Shown in pieces: positions 37,056 through 51,235 of a DNA stretch of 64,000 nt. The translations under genes were made by a program, and so were the position numbers. This stretch comes from Mizuhopecten yessoensis (lineage: Eukaryota), in NCBI RefSeq assembly GCF_002113885.1, contig NW_018479852.1:1-64000 (forward strand), written 5' to 3'. The notes beneath the pieces were generated by a model. The model saw only the letters and a program-made list of their open reading frames with translations, was not told the origin of the DNA and made no database searches. Within the stretch, counting starts at the first letter, position 1, and each line of letters begins with the position of its first letter.

Positions 37056-38445
37056 TTTTTTTGCCTCACTCACATAATAACTTTTGTAAATTACAAAGCC
37101 AATGATTGTTTACAGGTGATTTAATTCATTAGAGTTCGGGTATTCGTTTTTGTATCCAATTGCTATGTTTTTTAGAGTCAACATATCTTTTTTGATATCC
37201 TAGTTTTTCAAAAATATATCCGATTTAAAATTTTGTAAATATTTACATTTTATGGGAAAATGTTTTTAATCTTCTATTGTGTATTACAGTTTGGTGTATC
37301 TCTTATTTTCCATTGATGCAGAATTTGCTTTGATGTAAGGATTTTGTCTAGTTATTTCCATTTATATTCCTTCAGATTGTTGGTTTTTAAGTATTGAAAG
37401 ACAAAATCATTTGTAAATTTGAATTGGGCATCTGTTTTATTGCATTTGTTCTCCCAGTATATTCTTCCGATTGATTTTTCAGAACGCAGAGTGTTTGAAG
37501 ATTGTTCGATTATTACAATTTTCAATGGTTACTGTTCCTAGTTTTGGAATTTTGATGACCAGATTTCTTTCGATTTTTACTCTAAAGTTATGCACGTTAA
37601 CATAATTTTCTTTAATTTTTGATAGCCGAGTTTTTGGTATTGCTTTTTTACTATGGATAGTTTTGATAGCAAATTAGTTTTTTTGTTAATTTTTCATATA
37701 TGGTTTTATCATTTATTTCTACATTGTGTTGTAATTGATCCTTGATAGTTACAATGTCTGATTCTATCCATTTTTAAAAATATATGGTTTTACCTTTCAT
37801 CTTAATATGCCTATTCCCCCATATAATTTGAGCTAACATGGTGTTTTAATGTTTTGGTTCTTGGTTTGGTGCTCGTAGTTTGATCAATGTTGCTATGATT
37901 TCATAGTAAAAAGGGGATAGCTTTTCACTTTTTGGAAGATTTTTTAAGTTGTCGAGACTCATTTTACATATATGCATATTTTTGCCGAAAGTGTTTAGTT
38001 GTAGCATTGGGATAGTTTTCCATAATGCTGCTTCCTCTGATAACATTTTTTTTCAGCCAGGTTATTCGTAATGTATCAATATGTGATCTTATATCGATTG
38101 AGTTGATCCCGCCATCAGTGTATGGTCTGATTATTGTATTTCTTTTTACTCTTTCTTTGGTTATGATTTTACTATTTGTATTCTCCCTATTATAGTAAGT
38201 TTTCTGATTTTCCATTTATTTATTAGTTTTTTAACTTTATCCAGTTTACTTTTCCAATTTAAGTGTAGTGTTTGTTACTTATTTAGTCCAAAGTGAACTC
38301 CTAGTGCTTTGATTGTTATATCAGTCCATGCGATTCCTTGTACGTTTTGATTGCTTCTGATTCTTATAGCCATTTCCTCTGCTGCCATAACAAACAATAA
38401 TGCTGATGCAGGACAATCCTGCCATAAATCTCGGCACTGCTTTTT
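37056..38445 (-). mobile_element. L1/Tx1-like LINE relic, older paralog of 27285-28900
   Basis: ALLFVMAAEEMAIRIRSNQNVQGI, RPYTDGGINSIDIR; collinear with 27370-28900. Confidence 0.78.
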
Positions 38446-39339
38446 CCGAATTAAGGATACCTGATGCATAATACTAATGACTTTTTTTTATCAAAGGAAG
38501 ATTTCGATTAACAATACAAATATTATAATAAATTATAATTATAACCGTTAGCGTTTTCAGTAGGTTCAGGAGAACTCCTACGCATCAGGAAGACATATTG
38601 ATGTTAAATAAGATCCGACTGAATGTGTAAGGTGTGGAGGTGAAACTTAAACATTTGATACAAGGAGTTTGATACCAGACCTAATCATACCAGGCCTAAT
38701 GACGGTACGACATCAGGGAATCTTTACCCATCACAACACTAAGTTGGTGGATTCAACGTAGAAATAGTACGTTCATTTTGGGAATGGATAACAAAATGGA
38801 CCAGTTCCCTCCCTCTATGTCCCAAAGGATGGTTGAGTCATTATTCTTCGATGAGTTTTCAACATTTCGATTACGTAAACGTAGTTTAACATTGTCCCTT
38901 TTTCTGTATCAACTAAAATACACGCTCAGGTCTTACATGCTGTAATATGTAATGGTAATTATGAATGCTTAAACACATAAAGGTAAATAGCATTCCCAAA
39001 ATATGATCAGGATGCTAAAACTACAAAATCAACCAAATATTTCAAGTGCCGTATATCAAGAATTTTCATTCAGTTAATGAATATTAAATATGATTTTTAG
39101 TATTAAATAACAAATACAATACAAACAAAAAATTGGTAGAAATTGTAAGTTTTCTGTAGCGTATTTCTAAGTTACATGTAATTGGGGTATCCAGGTGGTT
39201 CCTACCTGCATATCAATCATTAGCTGCATGGACGTACACTATCTGTTAATCATCTTTCTATATACTACTATTAAAACTACTAATTACCATATAAATGTAG
39301 TATGTGCAAATAGTGTTGTGCGTATATGTGCGGATGAAG

Positions 39340-39430
39340 ATTTATTTCCCCTTTTTGCAGACATCACGTGATCTAACCTTAACATGGTGTAACTTACCAG
39401 AAGGAAACCGAAGCAGTGTTTCTTTAAGTT
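39340..39430 (+). promoter_or_regulatory. Orphan copy of the upstream module; splice donor deleted and no linked TRIM CDS
   Basis: Nearly identical to 29815-29905 (TCACGTGA at 39364, GGAAACCGAAGC), but the ~55 bp containing AAG|GTATGT is missing. Confidence 0.7.
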
Positions 39431-41911
39431 ATATTATATTATCAATGTGCAGTTAATTTCATATGCCTGAAAACAAGGAAGATTCTTAATGATCTAATGT
39501 TATATAAACACAAACCGAAAGTACATTGTTTTTGTTCAGGAATTGCTAATAAAACATTACGGAGTTTCCTGAATAGAAATCCAACTAATAAAGTGGATAC
39601 AAGAAGGAAAATTTCTTGATTTTAATTCAACAAAACACGACGTCCAGATAGGTGCACTCGATAATTATCCTCGTCAGGATTCACAAAGCAGACCTAAGGA
39701 CTACTGTAAAAGCAAAATATTTCTTTGTGGACATACTTTTGTTTATTTTAGGGTTTAATAAAATCCACGAAATATAATCCGAGCTTGATTTTTTAGCTCA
39801 TGAAATACTAACTAAATGAAATATTAAATAAGCAATTAATTTTATTTCAAAATTCATGGTGTATTTACATCTAAGAACAAGTCATGATTAACGGTGTAAT
39901 TATCGTTACAGGCACAGAGTTAAACTCTCATAACAACAGCGTTAAATGCGTGACACAGTTATTGTTACACGGGTACATTTGCGTCTATGTGAGTCTTCAC
40001 AGTAATCATTATGTGTATATCGCTCTTTGTATTTAAGCTATAGAGCGTGACGGATTTCTCCGATACCCTTCGAATGCGTTAATCTCGCCCGATCTTACCT
40101 GCACTGCACAAGGAATACATGCGATTTATCAGCAGATTTCAGAACATTTCAGAAGATTACATAAAACTCAAAAATATGGCTCTGATGTCATATTATTTTG
40201 TTTTGAATCAAGTAATTTACGGAGTATTTAGTCTGTGTAGCCGCTGTGCTGTATACGTATCTTATATACGTCTTACATGTACGTCCATGCCATATCTGAA
40301 TCGTCCTCCGATGTAAATATTTACAATGTACGTAAATTGTGATTTGTCTTTGTCCTGTCTTCAACCTAAATTGGTAGAGAACTATATTAAGGATGTAGTT
40401 CATGCCAAGAATCACACTATCATACGTGTTGATTGAAACAAACAGAAATATACAGCTAGGAGGGGTGTAGCTCGGCTGAACCCTAGCAGAGACGTATATA
40501 TTACTGTAATACATTTGTATATTCGTCTCTGACCCTAGCTACTGTTATATGGGCCAGTGACCAAAACGTGCCACTCCAACGTAAGAAGTATCACGTGACC
40601 TGTTAGCCATTAAACTTATTGCACAGTGAGGAGCAGTCACCTGTAATTGCCCATATCTAGGGAACGGGACCGTTCTGAGCGCGCGTTGATGGATGATTTG
40701 GTATTTATTTAAGTATATAACAGGTTTCGCTTATTTTTACAAAACGTAAAATGTCTTGGTCAAGACCCTTTAACTGTATTTTACACGTGTTTTTACCTGA
40801 GGTTAGTTACCTGGACCAAAATATTAAAAAATGTTTGTACACCATATACGATAAAAGGATATTTATTAAATTTTTAAATTATAAAGTGTCATAATTTTTG
40901 TAGCAATGGTGGTGCTGGTAAAAAAATATCAAAATAAAAAAAAATGTTTGGTAATCTTCAGGGGGGGATCCAGGATTTCGTGATGAGTGGTGACACATTA
41001 TTTTCATAAAAAAACCTTCCGATTTTATCATAAACCTGAGACTGCCAGTTAATCCAAGTTTATTCCAGTTTCTGTTTATAAACATTGTCTTTTAAAACAA
41101 ACACCAAAACTAATGTTGTGTAGCCGAAGGTTATTGACTTTCATCGACTGGAGCGAGGCAGAATTATTTTCTTTTTTTCGGGTTTGAATTTCACATGAAG
41201 CGATGAGTCAATTTTAGGAACCTGTTTCTTTTCTGAAAAAAACATATATCTATATTATGAACGGTACTCGTTTTCCTAAATACAGATTAGAGATGACAAG
41301 GATTTTAGGAAACGGGCTGATCTCATTCTCGTTTCCCGATTTCAGCCCAGGTATCCGAAGCAATATTTCCATTAAATATTATTTTAAACTCGTTTCAGTC
41401 ACACTTGTCTGTGACGTGTTGACAGTTTGATTATCATCAGACATTAATTGGTGGCATACGTTCATTCATTCATTCTTTATTAACCAAAAGCCCTTAGGCT
41501 TCTTCTTCTTCTTCCATTTACTGTGGCAGATATCATAGATATGAGTGCAGTTGCCGCAATATTACAGGCTTATACGTACACACATGGGTCTAGAATTAAG
41601 AAGATATAGACTATACCGCCCATTAATTTTATTTTTCACTGGAGTAATATTCGCAAACATAACAAACCAAATTGAATGAAAGCAAGTGTGTTCCATGCCC
41701 ACGTGCGTGTTATACTAAATCTATCTCAGAATAGCAAACGGTCAGCTTGGTAAACAATGTACTTACAGAGGTTGATATGTCATTTTTCCATTAAAGTAGG
41801 AATACAAGCAATTTGTGATCAGTTGTCATAATATTACAGTTGATTACATTCTAAATATCTTACATTAAAAAGTTGCAAAAGCTTTAAAATGACCCTTACA
41901 TTGTGTTTTAA

Positions 41912-42158
41912 TCCAGTGATATACAGAGATTTGATTCAGTTATATATAGAGATTTGATTCAGTGATATACAGAGATTTGATTCAGTGACATACAGAGATT
42001 TGATTCAGTGATATACAGAGATTTGATTCAGTTATATATAGAGATTTGATTAAGTGATATACCGAGATTTGATTCAGTGATATACAGAGATTTGATTCAG
42101 TGATATACAGAGATTTGATTCAGAGATTTGATTCAGTGATATACAGAGATTTGATTCA
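41912..42158. repeat. 23-bp minisatellite (GATTCAGTGATATACAGAGATTT)n, ~10 units
   Basis: Tandem units read directly. Confidence 0.95.
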
Positions 42159-43414
42159 ATGAAGACGCTGTTCTATGTGCGTATCTTCTTTACGTCCCTG
42201 TCATTTTAGAATCGTCCTCCGATATCAGATTTTAAATAGTTTTTAATAGTGTTTTGTCTTCGTACTGACTTCGACTTAAGTTGGAAGGAAATTATATTTA
42301 GTGTGTACTTCACGGCGAGAATCACTCTATCAGTCGTTTCCATTAAATAAAATTAGAAATATATGTGAGGTGCAGCTCCTGAATACTAACAACTGAAATA
42401 TGAACCGGTGACCCGAAGCTACTCTATGTGGTCGTAAGTACAACGTGATCGGTAAGCTCATTAAAATTCTCACCAGTAAGGAGCGGTCACCTTTGATTGC
42501 CTTTATCTAGATAATGGGACCCATCTGAATACTCTTTGATAAACATTTGTTAATTTATTGAACTGTTTCTACGGTTTTGCTAATTTTCACAAAAAGCCAA
42601 AATTCTTCGACCCAATTTGTTTGAAGCAACGCGAAAAATCACCCTGTTCATCGAGCTATGGGAAAAGCAATGTTAATGGACTTTTAAAAAGCATTAATGA
42701 ATCTGCGTCTGTCGTCACAAAATCTATTAATTAAATCTGGAAGACATAAAAATATACCCGTTCCTTAAGACTATGTCCATTCTGTAAAAATCATGCGGAG
42801 GAAGAATTTCACTTTTTATAAAAATGTCCCTCCTTTTACGACCTTAAAGGCAAATACATTAAAACTTACTTCCGTAAAACCCAGAGATCTACAAATTAAT
42901 CAGTTTACTATCAACTGGAAAGGTAAAAGGTATAAATAACCTAGATACTTGTGTATATCACGAAAGTGTACTGCCATCTACATTATTTGTAAGTAACTAG
43001 AAATTTCGCACTTTAATATATAGTTACTACAATTGTTGATTTCAAAATGTATTCCATACAGTATTCGGATCACATAGCACCAAACAGCTGTTCCGTCCTT
43101 CTAGGACTCAACGGTGATGCTAGAGGCCAGAACGGTGATTATTGTCACACAAAGAGAGGTGGATAAAACCCCTTATTTATAAGAATTTCAGCATTAAGAA
43201 CAACGAGTATTTGCATATAAATAACGAATAACGTGTGTATATTATGAACTCTACCAAACTAACCATTTCGTTTGTAAATTGTTTGTTTACCTATCACATC
43301 AATCTTTAGCTCCACACATGTACGGTTTTTGTTATCATTTTAACCGTTTCTAAATATATCAAGCACATGTGTATATTTTGTTGCGTATACCTATATGCAG
43401 TCGGGTGAACTGAG

Positions 43415-43556
43415 TTGTTCCCCTTTGCAGAAACTACGTGACCTACCTTTCATTGGGTGTACTACTAAGCAGGAAGTCGAAGCACTGTTTCTTTAAATCA
43501 AAGGAACAAATCACAACTTTAAGCGTAATCAACATTTGTCTAAGATAAAGGTATGT
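43415..43556 (+). promoter_or_regulatory. Upstream module of copy 4, donor AAG|GTATGT at 43551
   Basis: Collinear homology with 29821-29964 and 60541-60683. Confidence 0.7.
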
Positions 43557-44040
43557 CCTATATGGTATTAACATGTAATTAATTTGAGATTTCTAGAAAC
43601 AAGTAAGATTCTTAATTATCTAATGCTCTGTCTACACAAACAGAAAGCACTTTATGTTAGCCATGTGTCGCTGAGCCATTAACGCAGTTTAAAAACATTT
43701 TATTACAGTCCAAAAGAATATGTAGTTACATGGACTTTGAACTTTTGAGTATTTGTATTTGAGGGAATGGCTAATAAAACGTGATATAGAATCGAAATAA
43801 AAATGACTAAAGGGATTCCCGAAAGGAAATTCTCCATTAAACTATTTGACATTACTGAGGTGGTTATCAACACAACACGATGTTCTAGATGAATGCACTT
43901 GATACGTACACCTACCTCAACACACGGCCATTATGAAAAATTTCACACTACTTCAAATAAACTGTGTTTTTTTTCTATATAAAGAACCAATGCAATACTT
44001 GAAAAGTTCATCAGAATTTTTAAGTATTATACAAATTGCT

Positions 44041-44926
44041 GGATGACTGATACTGTTAGTGTGTGCTAGGAAATGACTGTTACTGTTAGCGTGTGCTAGG
44101 AAATGACTGATACTGTTAGTGTGTGCTAAGAAATGACTGTTACTGTGATTGTGTGCTAGGAAATAACTGATACTGTTAGCGTGTGCTAGGAAATGACTGA
44201 TACTGTTAGTTTGGGCTAGGAAATGACTGATACTGTTGGTGTGTGTTAGGAAATGACTGATACTGTTAGTGTGTGTTAGGAAATGACTGATACTGTTAGT
44301 GTGTGCTAAGAAATGACTGTTACTGTGATTGTGTGCTAGGAAATGACTGATACTGTTAGCGTGTGCTAGGAAATGACTGATTCTGTTAGTTTGTGCTAGG
44401 AAATGACTGATCCTGTTAGTGTGTGTTAGGAAATGACTGATAATGTTAGTGTGTGCTAAGAAATGACTGTTACTGTGATTGTGTGCTAGGAAATGACTGA
44501 TACTGTTAATAGGAAATGACTGATACCAATTTGAAGATAAAATGTCAGACTAATACTGTTAGTGTGTGCTAGGAAATGACTGAAACTGTTAGTGTGTGCT
44601 AGCAAATCAATGATACTGTTAGTAGGAAATCAATGATACTGTTACATGTAGTGTGTGCTAGGAAATGACTGATACTGTTAATAGGAAATGACTGATACTG
44701 TTAGTGTGTGCTAGGAAATGCCTGATACTGTTAGTGTGTGCTAGGAAATGCCTGATACTGTTAATGTGTGCTAGGAAATGCATGATACTGTTAGTGTGTG
44801 CTAGGAAATCAATGTTACTGTTAGTTTGTGATAGGAAATCAGTGATACTGTTAGTGTGTGCTAGGAAATAACTGATACTGTTAGTGTGTGCTAGGAAATA
44901 ACTGATACTGTTAGTGTGTGCTAGGA
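44041..44926. repeat. 30-bp minisatellite, ~29 units, in the first intron of copy 4
   Basis: Same unit as 1-298. Confidence 0.96.
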
Positions 44927-45548
44927 CACTTTCACCAAGTCAAACTGTAACCTTTCACTTATAAAGTCCCTAGTTGTACGACGCTTTTCTTAAGTAACTA
45001 TTACGTTAGTTATGCTTTAAACTAGTATTGGCTGTCATAACAAATTCGCACTTATTTGTGATGACAAAATTGGTAAATAACAATAAATAACTTATCTCGT
45101 GATAAGGATAATGTAGAACTTATTAAAGATCTCAAAGACAAAGCACAATACTCTTTTAAATATTCCAAGAAAGATGACGCTATGAGGTATCCGAAAACAA
45201 CAGACAAAGATTCCTTGTTTTAAGAATTAGAGACTGCATATGTGTTTTAGTTGATCTTATTTTTTTAAGTTTTAGTATATTAAGAGGAAAATTATTTCCA
45301 GTGAGATATCATACTGTAACTTTCCTTTTAATTTATACTAGTATTCATCGTCGGTGGTATAACTATAGTAAGAATCAATCAATTTCAAATGAGATTACAT
45401 GTATGTCATATCTAACTGCATTATATAAAACTTTAATACGTTACTGATTCAGAGAGTCAATAATTTATTTTGTGATGGGTTATTTCCGTTTTTTATAATT
45501 TATTCTGAAGTGAACATACCCGAGATTTCCCATTAATGACCAGCATAC

Positions 45549-47461
45549 TTCTACTTCTACTTCTAAATGGTACTGACCAACTTCAACAATTTGAAGATAA
45601 AATGTCAGACGAGGAGTGAAACATGGAAAGAGAGTGTTTTTAAAAGATACGAGATGGTCTAATTTGCGTTTGAAAGGTGACGGTAGAGGGCTGATTTGAA
45701 TAATTCCGTTGGTGGGCTCGAAATAATGTCAAGTGGGAGTTTATTCCACTCGGGTATAGTTCGAGGGAAGAATGATGCCTTTCTGATCTGGGTTTTTGAG
45801 TGGGGAATTTTATACGAAAACTGGTGGTTTGTTCGGGATTTTCTAACTGTAGGGATTTACGATAGCGACTTTCTGGTTTACAATGTTATGAAGCATGGTT
45901 AGACGAGCATCTCTACGTCTATCTGCTAGAGGGCGCAGCTTCAGGTGGTCCAACATTTCTGACACACTGGAGGTACGATGGTTGTACCTGTGCTTATTGA
46001 GCACATAGTGCGCTGCCCTTCGCTGGACCATTTCCAACTTGTCAATATTTGTTTGGGTGTGAGGGTCCCATACTGTACAGGCATACTCAAGTGATGGTCG
46101 AACTAATGATTTGTATGCCTGTATTTTGGCTGATGTTGAGCCAATTTTAAGATTTCGTCTTAAAAAGCCTAGGGTAGAATTTGCTTTTGGGCATATAGTA
46201 TTTATATGTGAATCCCATTTAAGGTCAGATGATAGTGTTACACCCAGATACTTGGNNNNNNNTTGTAGCATTTAGACCCACAGGGATATCGTTTATAAAG
46301 TAAAGAAATAAACTGGGTCCCAAAACTGACCCCTGGGGTACCCCGGAATGGACATCGACAAAATCAGACTTCTCCCCTTCAACTACTACTGTCTGAGTTC
46401 TACCGGTCAGGAAACTCTCGATCCAGTTTGCGACATTTCCACGTATACCATAATGTTTTAGTTTATGGTTTAGGAGAGAATGACTGACCTTGTCGAAAGC
46501 CTTAGCAAAGTCCATTATGAGGATATCTGTTTGGCGTCCCTCATCAAGATTCTTTGAGATGTCATCCACAAATTCAAGAAGTTGGGTTTCGCATGATCGC
46601 GATTTGCGAAAACCATGTTGGAACGGATACAATATGTTATGGGTATCGGCATGGGTCATGATAGTTGAGACCACAATGTGTTCCATAATTTTGCTACAGA
46701 TACAGGTCAGAGATATGGGCCTGTAGTTTTCTGGGTGAAATTTTGGACCCTTTTTATAAGCAGGTGATACATTTGCAGATTTCCAGTCTGAAGGCACTAT
46801 ACCTGTTTCCAGAGACTGATTAAATATTAGGGTTAATATCGGGGCTATTTCTGTTGCAAGCTCTTTTAGTACTCTGTGTTTGATGTCATCAGGGCCCGAG
46901 GCCTTGTATGGATTTAGGCCTTGGAGCAGTTTTAAGACGCCCTTTTCATGTATAGAAATTTCAGGCATGGCAGGGTATTTATCGTGAGTAGACATGTTGC
47001 ATCTAGTGCGAAACTGCTGGTCGGTAAAGATTTCAGGAGGAGTAAAAACAGGTTGAAATTGTGCGTTTAGCACCTGGGCCTTGGTGGTAGGGTCATAAAC
47101 AAGTTTACCGTCCTTTTTCAGAGGATCTATGCCACTATGGTCTGATCGTTTGGATTTTATATATGAACAAAACCGTTTTTTGCAGGAAAATTTGTTTTCA
47201 TTGGTTGTGTTTTCTGGGGTGATGATATTATCAATATGGCTCCAGTAAGATGTAAGGAGTTTTTTCTGCATATGATGTTTCAGGTTTTTATACTTATTTT
47301 TTATTTCAGTGTCTCCTGATTTTTTTGATCGTTTGTACAATCTATTTTTTCTCCTGATAAGTTTCTTTATGTCAGGGGTAACCCAAGGTAGGCTGGGTTT
47401 TGTCTTAACTATCTTGTGGGAGATATGTTCTTTTATGAGTTTAGACAATTCAATTTTTCAA
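45549..47461 (-). mobile_element. 5'-truncated CR1-group LINE (RT-containing ORF2) inserted antisense in the first intron of copy 4; (TAGAAG)n tail
   Basis: [48 protein letters not shown]; the N gap 46255-46262 covers the expected xADD motif; empty site gcatac|gtaac seen at 896-906. Confidence 0.93.
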
Positions 47462-48488
47462 ACGTAACACACATTTTCTATACTTAATACTTTGCATCGA
47501 GTAGGGCAGTATTATATACCGCACACCTACACACGTATCCTACCTAGACGACCTGGATATGCAATCATCCGTAGGTTGTACACAACTTGTCATGTTACCC
47601 AACACTCATTATGAGACAGGACTTTTGTCAGGTATCGTGGATACGGTATTTATATCACTGTGTATTGTCTGATATACATTTTTAACCGCGGTACATAACA
47701 CGACATGAACAAGGTGTTTATAGCTACAAGCAAACTATCATACCATCTTCATGTACTTCTAAATATAGACTTTGCGTATACCCGATCAGAAAAATATTTC
47801 TTTTCTTTAATTCATCTTGCTTCCGCTACCTTTTTAATGCCATTTATAACACTGTTAGACACGTTACACCCTATTTTCATTACTCCTTCGTAATTTCTTC
47901 AGTTGACCTCCTTTATAACATTATTAAAGCATAATGATAATATACTTCTCCGGAATGCCTTTGATGATATTATATGATGAATATAATATTTTATGGCTTT
48001 GTCCACATACAGTAACTCTTTTATCCCTGAATCAATGCTGATATCAAAGCCCTTGGCCTCTCGGGCTGATATTGGATCTCGTGGATGTTTGCCTGAGCCT
48101 TCGCTTAAATATACAAGACCCAAGAAAGATTATTATTTCAGATATAAGTATTCATATACGTTGTGCAATTCTCAAACTGTATTTAGCTATTTTCTCAATA
48201 AAATATTGTAGTCTTTGATAAGAGGAGTATGGAAATAGTTACTTCCTGAAGCAATCACTGACTTGTTGTACTTATTTCTTTGAGTTATGTGCAGTTTAAG
48301 ATCAGTTCTTATTTATTTAGTTTTTTAACATAACAGTCACATAAGTAACATAATTTCTCCACAAAGTTAAGGAAATGGAGCTGTATATGAATTACTCTTT
48401 ATTTAATAGATAGAACGATTAAGAATGTTGCAATTAAAATAATGTACTAATAATATATCGGTTTTAATTTTACAGGCCTGCAACAAGT

Positions 48489-50163
48489 ATGGCTTCAAGG
48501 AAGAAAAAAGACTACACAAAAGTGTTATCAATTACAGAGTGTAATATCTGCCATTTGGATCTTTCCGACCCTCGTCGGATAGAGTGTGGACACGTCTTCT
48601 GCCTCCATTGTCTAAGTCAACACGTAAGTTGTTCGTCTTCTTGTCCAACTTGTAAACGACCTATGAAGCCAAAATTAGGAACGGTCGAAAACTACCCTGT
48701 TGCTATGGAAATTGTACACCTGCTGCAGTCTCTTCAAAAAGTTGCAAGTTGCGGCCATATAGTAGATGAAGGAAGTTGTACTGAAGATAATGTAAAGGGT
48801 GAAGAAGATGCGAACGAATATGATGTAGTTGATTCTGACCCAGATCTGGGGGAGACTAAGACGTTACCTCAAAAATCAAAATCTGTCATGTCGAACGAAG
48901 TGTGCGATATACATGGACAAAGACTGGTTTCTGTTTGTACCACTTGTGATGATGAACTTATCTGCGCCAAATGCAGCATCCATTCTACCCACAATAAACA
49001 AGAGATATCTGAACATAATAGGCATCTCAAGCGACTACTCGAAAAACAAAGAGCTGATTTACTCCAACGGGGAAAAGATGACGGAGCAAAAGAAGAAATA
49101 TTGCAGGAAATGATCGAAGAGCAAGTTCAACAAAAGGAAACCATTAAAGACGAGATAGAAGAAATTGCCGAGGAAATGTTCACACAAATTCATATGAAAA
49201 AGGAAGAAATGCTTTTACCTATTGAGGAAAAGGCAGACGAATACGTCAAACAACTGACGGAGAGGCAGGAGGATATCAAAGACAGGATATCTGTGTTCAG
49301 TCACATCAGCAACAGGATTGGAAAAATTTCACATGATGACACAACAGACTACAGCAGAAAAGCAAAAATATTGGTTAAACAAGCAAACATTGCACTCCAG
49401 ATAGAATACAAACCTGTACCACGTTACCAGAACATTGAGTTCACCAAGAATGACAAAGTCCTAGAAGATCTGTTAAAACTTCAGTTAGGTGATGTAAAGG
49501 TAGATGAAGTATCAATAGCGCAGGACGAGGAGGGTAAAGCGTCCGATTTCATTTCTGATGAGGAGGAAGGATACAATGACTGTAATTGCACGGACGATGG
49601 CTCAGTCGTGCCTCCACCACCTCCTGTGAGACCAAAATATAATTATCCATTACCTACACATATGTCACAGTCATCTATGGATCCTCCACTTCCTCCACGA
49701 CCTCAAAATCAATATCAAAATCAAAGTCCCCTAGCATCTAAAAACGAAGAGGAAATCTACTATGACCTTGGCGATTCCATATATGTCAATCCTATACGGA
49801 AACAAAAGCACGACACGGAACCTCCAGAACAGAAAGAACATAAACTGGACAGCCATTTCACTCCACCGCCATTATCTCCCTTTTCAGGAACATTTCGAAA
49901 ATCGGTCTCTTTACCAATCGACAACCGTGCGTTTCAACAGAGATTGCTTCACCGTGTATTCCTCCCCTTTAGACCCTCGGGGTTCACGGTTGTCCGAGGT
50001 TCTATGGGACACTACTTTACATTTGTCACAGATGATTTCCACGTGAAAATGTTCAGAGAGACTGGAGACTTATATAGGACAATAACAGATGTCGTCCGAG
50101 CGTTTGATGCTGCAAGCCAACAACATGGAGAGGCATTGACGCCATTGTACATAACAGATGAAG
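48489..50163 (+). CDS. TRIM-NHL copy 4, coding exon 1
   Basis: Intact ORF; acceptor tttacag at 48475; donor G|GTAAAA at 50164. Confidence 0.92.
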
Positions 50164-50681
50164 GTAAAAGATAACAACTTTCTGGTCGGAATATTAATAT
50201 GAAAAATATAATTTTGAAACAATAATCGAAATAAAACAAGTGTTGTTGTGTCATGGATATATACGACCAAACCAAAACACTAACACATTTTGTTGTTCGT
50301 CTGTAACAATTAATAATGATACTGATAGATAAACAAAATTTGAGCAAGCTAAGTCAGAAGTCAAAAGAATGCAAACATTCAAGGAAGTGAACTAAAATCG
50401 ATACAATACAATTGGTTAAGATATATGAACTGGATAATGCAAGAAATGTGTCGCGTGAGAAGTCGAATAACAGGTGGATATTTAGTTTTACGATGTTGTA
50501 ACATATACATTCTATTAATTCTGAATTGGAAAACAGGTTATGAGAATAATTAATGGTAATAAACAAGTAAAAACGGATATCGTTACATTAATTAGTCATT
50601 ATTGTATATAACACAATGCAAAATTTCTGATTAAATAAATTTCTATGCATTTTATTGAACTGATAAATTATTTCATTTAAG

Positions 50682-51235
50682 GACGAAGGACAGGAGATGG
50701 AAGTGTCAAAGTGTATACGTCCGAGGGAGAATTCCAGAAAGTGTTGGTTGGAAAGCTTAAGAAACCACAAGGAATTTCAATATCACGAGTGGGACTTGTT
50801 TACGTATGTGACGAAGTAAATATCCTTGTGTTTTGTCCAAAAACGGGGAAAAGGAAGAGGATAATATCTACCATCGGGAAAGATCCAATTTTTGTACACC
50901 CATTGTATGTGATGGTGAGCGCCACTGGAAAGATCCTAGTCTCCGATGTGGGCACTAGGGAGCTCAAAATTCATGACGAAACCCGAAAGTACACCGACAA
51001 GTTCAAACCAGACGAGGACGAAGGGGAGCTTTACACAAGCTTTACTCCTGGAATGTGTGCCGAGGATTCTTCTTCGAATTATTACGTCATTGACCAAGAG
51101 AGAAACATACTTTATATATTGCGCGGTGGGGGGAGGTCAGAGAAGCTGGTGCTACCACAAAAACCTCAGGGGCACGATGGAATACCAACAACTGTTTCCT
51201 TTGCCAACGATACGGGCAACATTGTCGTGTTTTAG
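50682..51235 (+). CDS. TRIM-NHL copy 4, coding exon 2 (spliced ~742 aa)
   Basis: 554-nt NHL exon; acceptor is AAG (50679-50681) rather than TAG. Confidence 0.85.
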
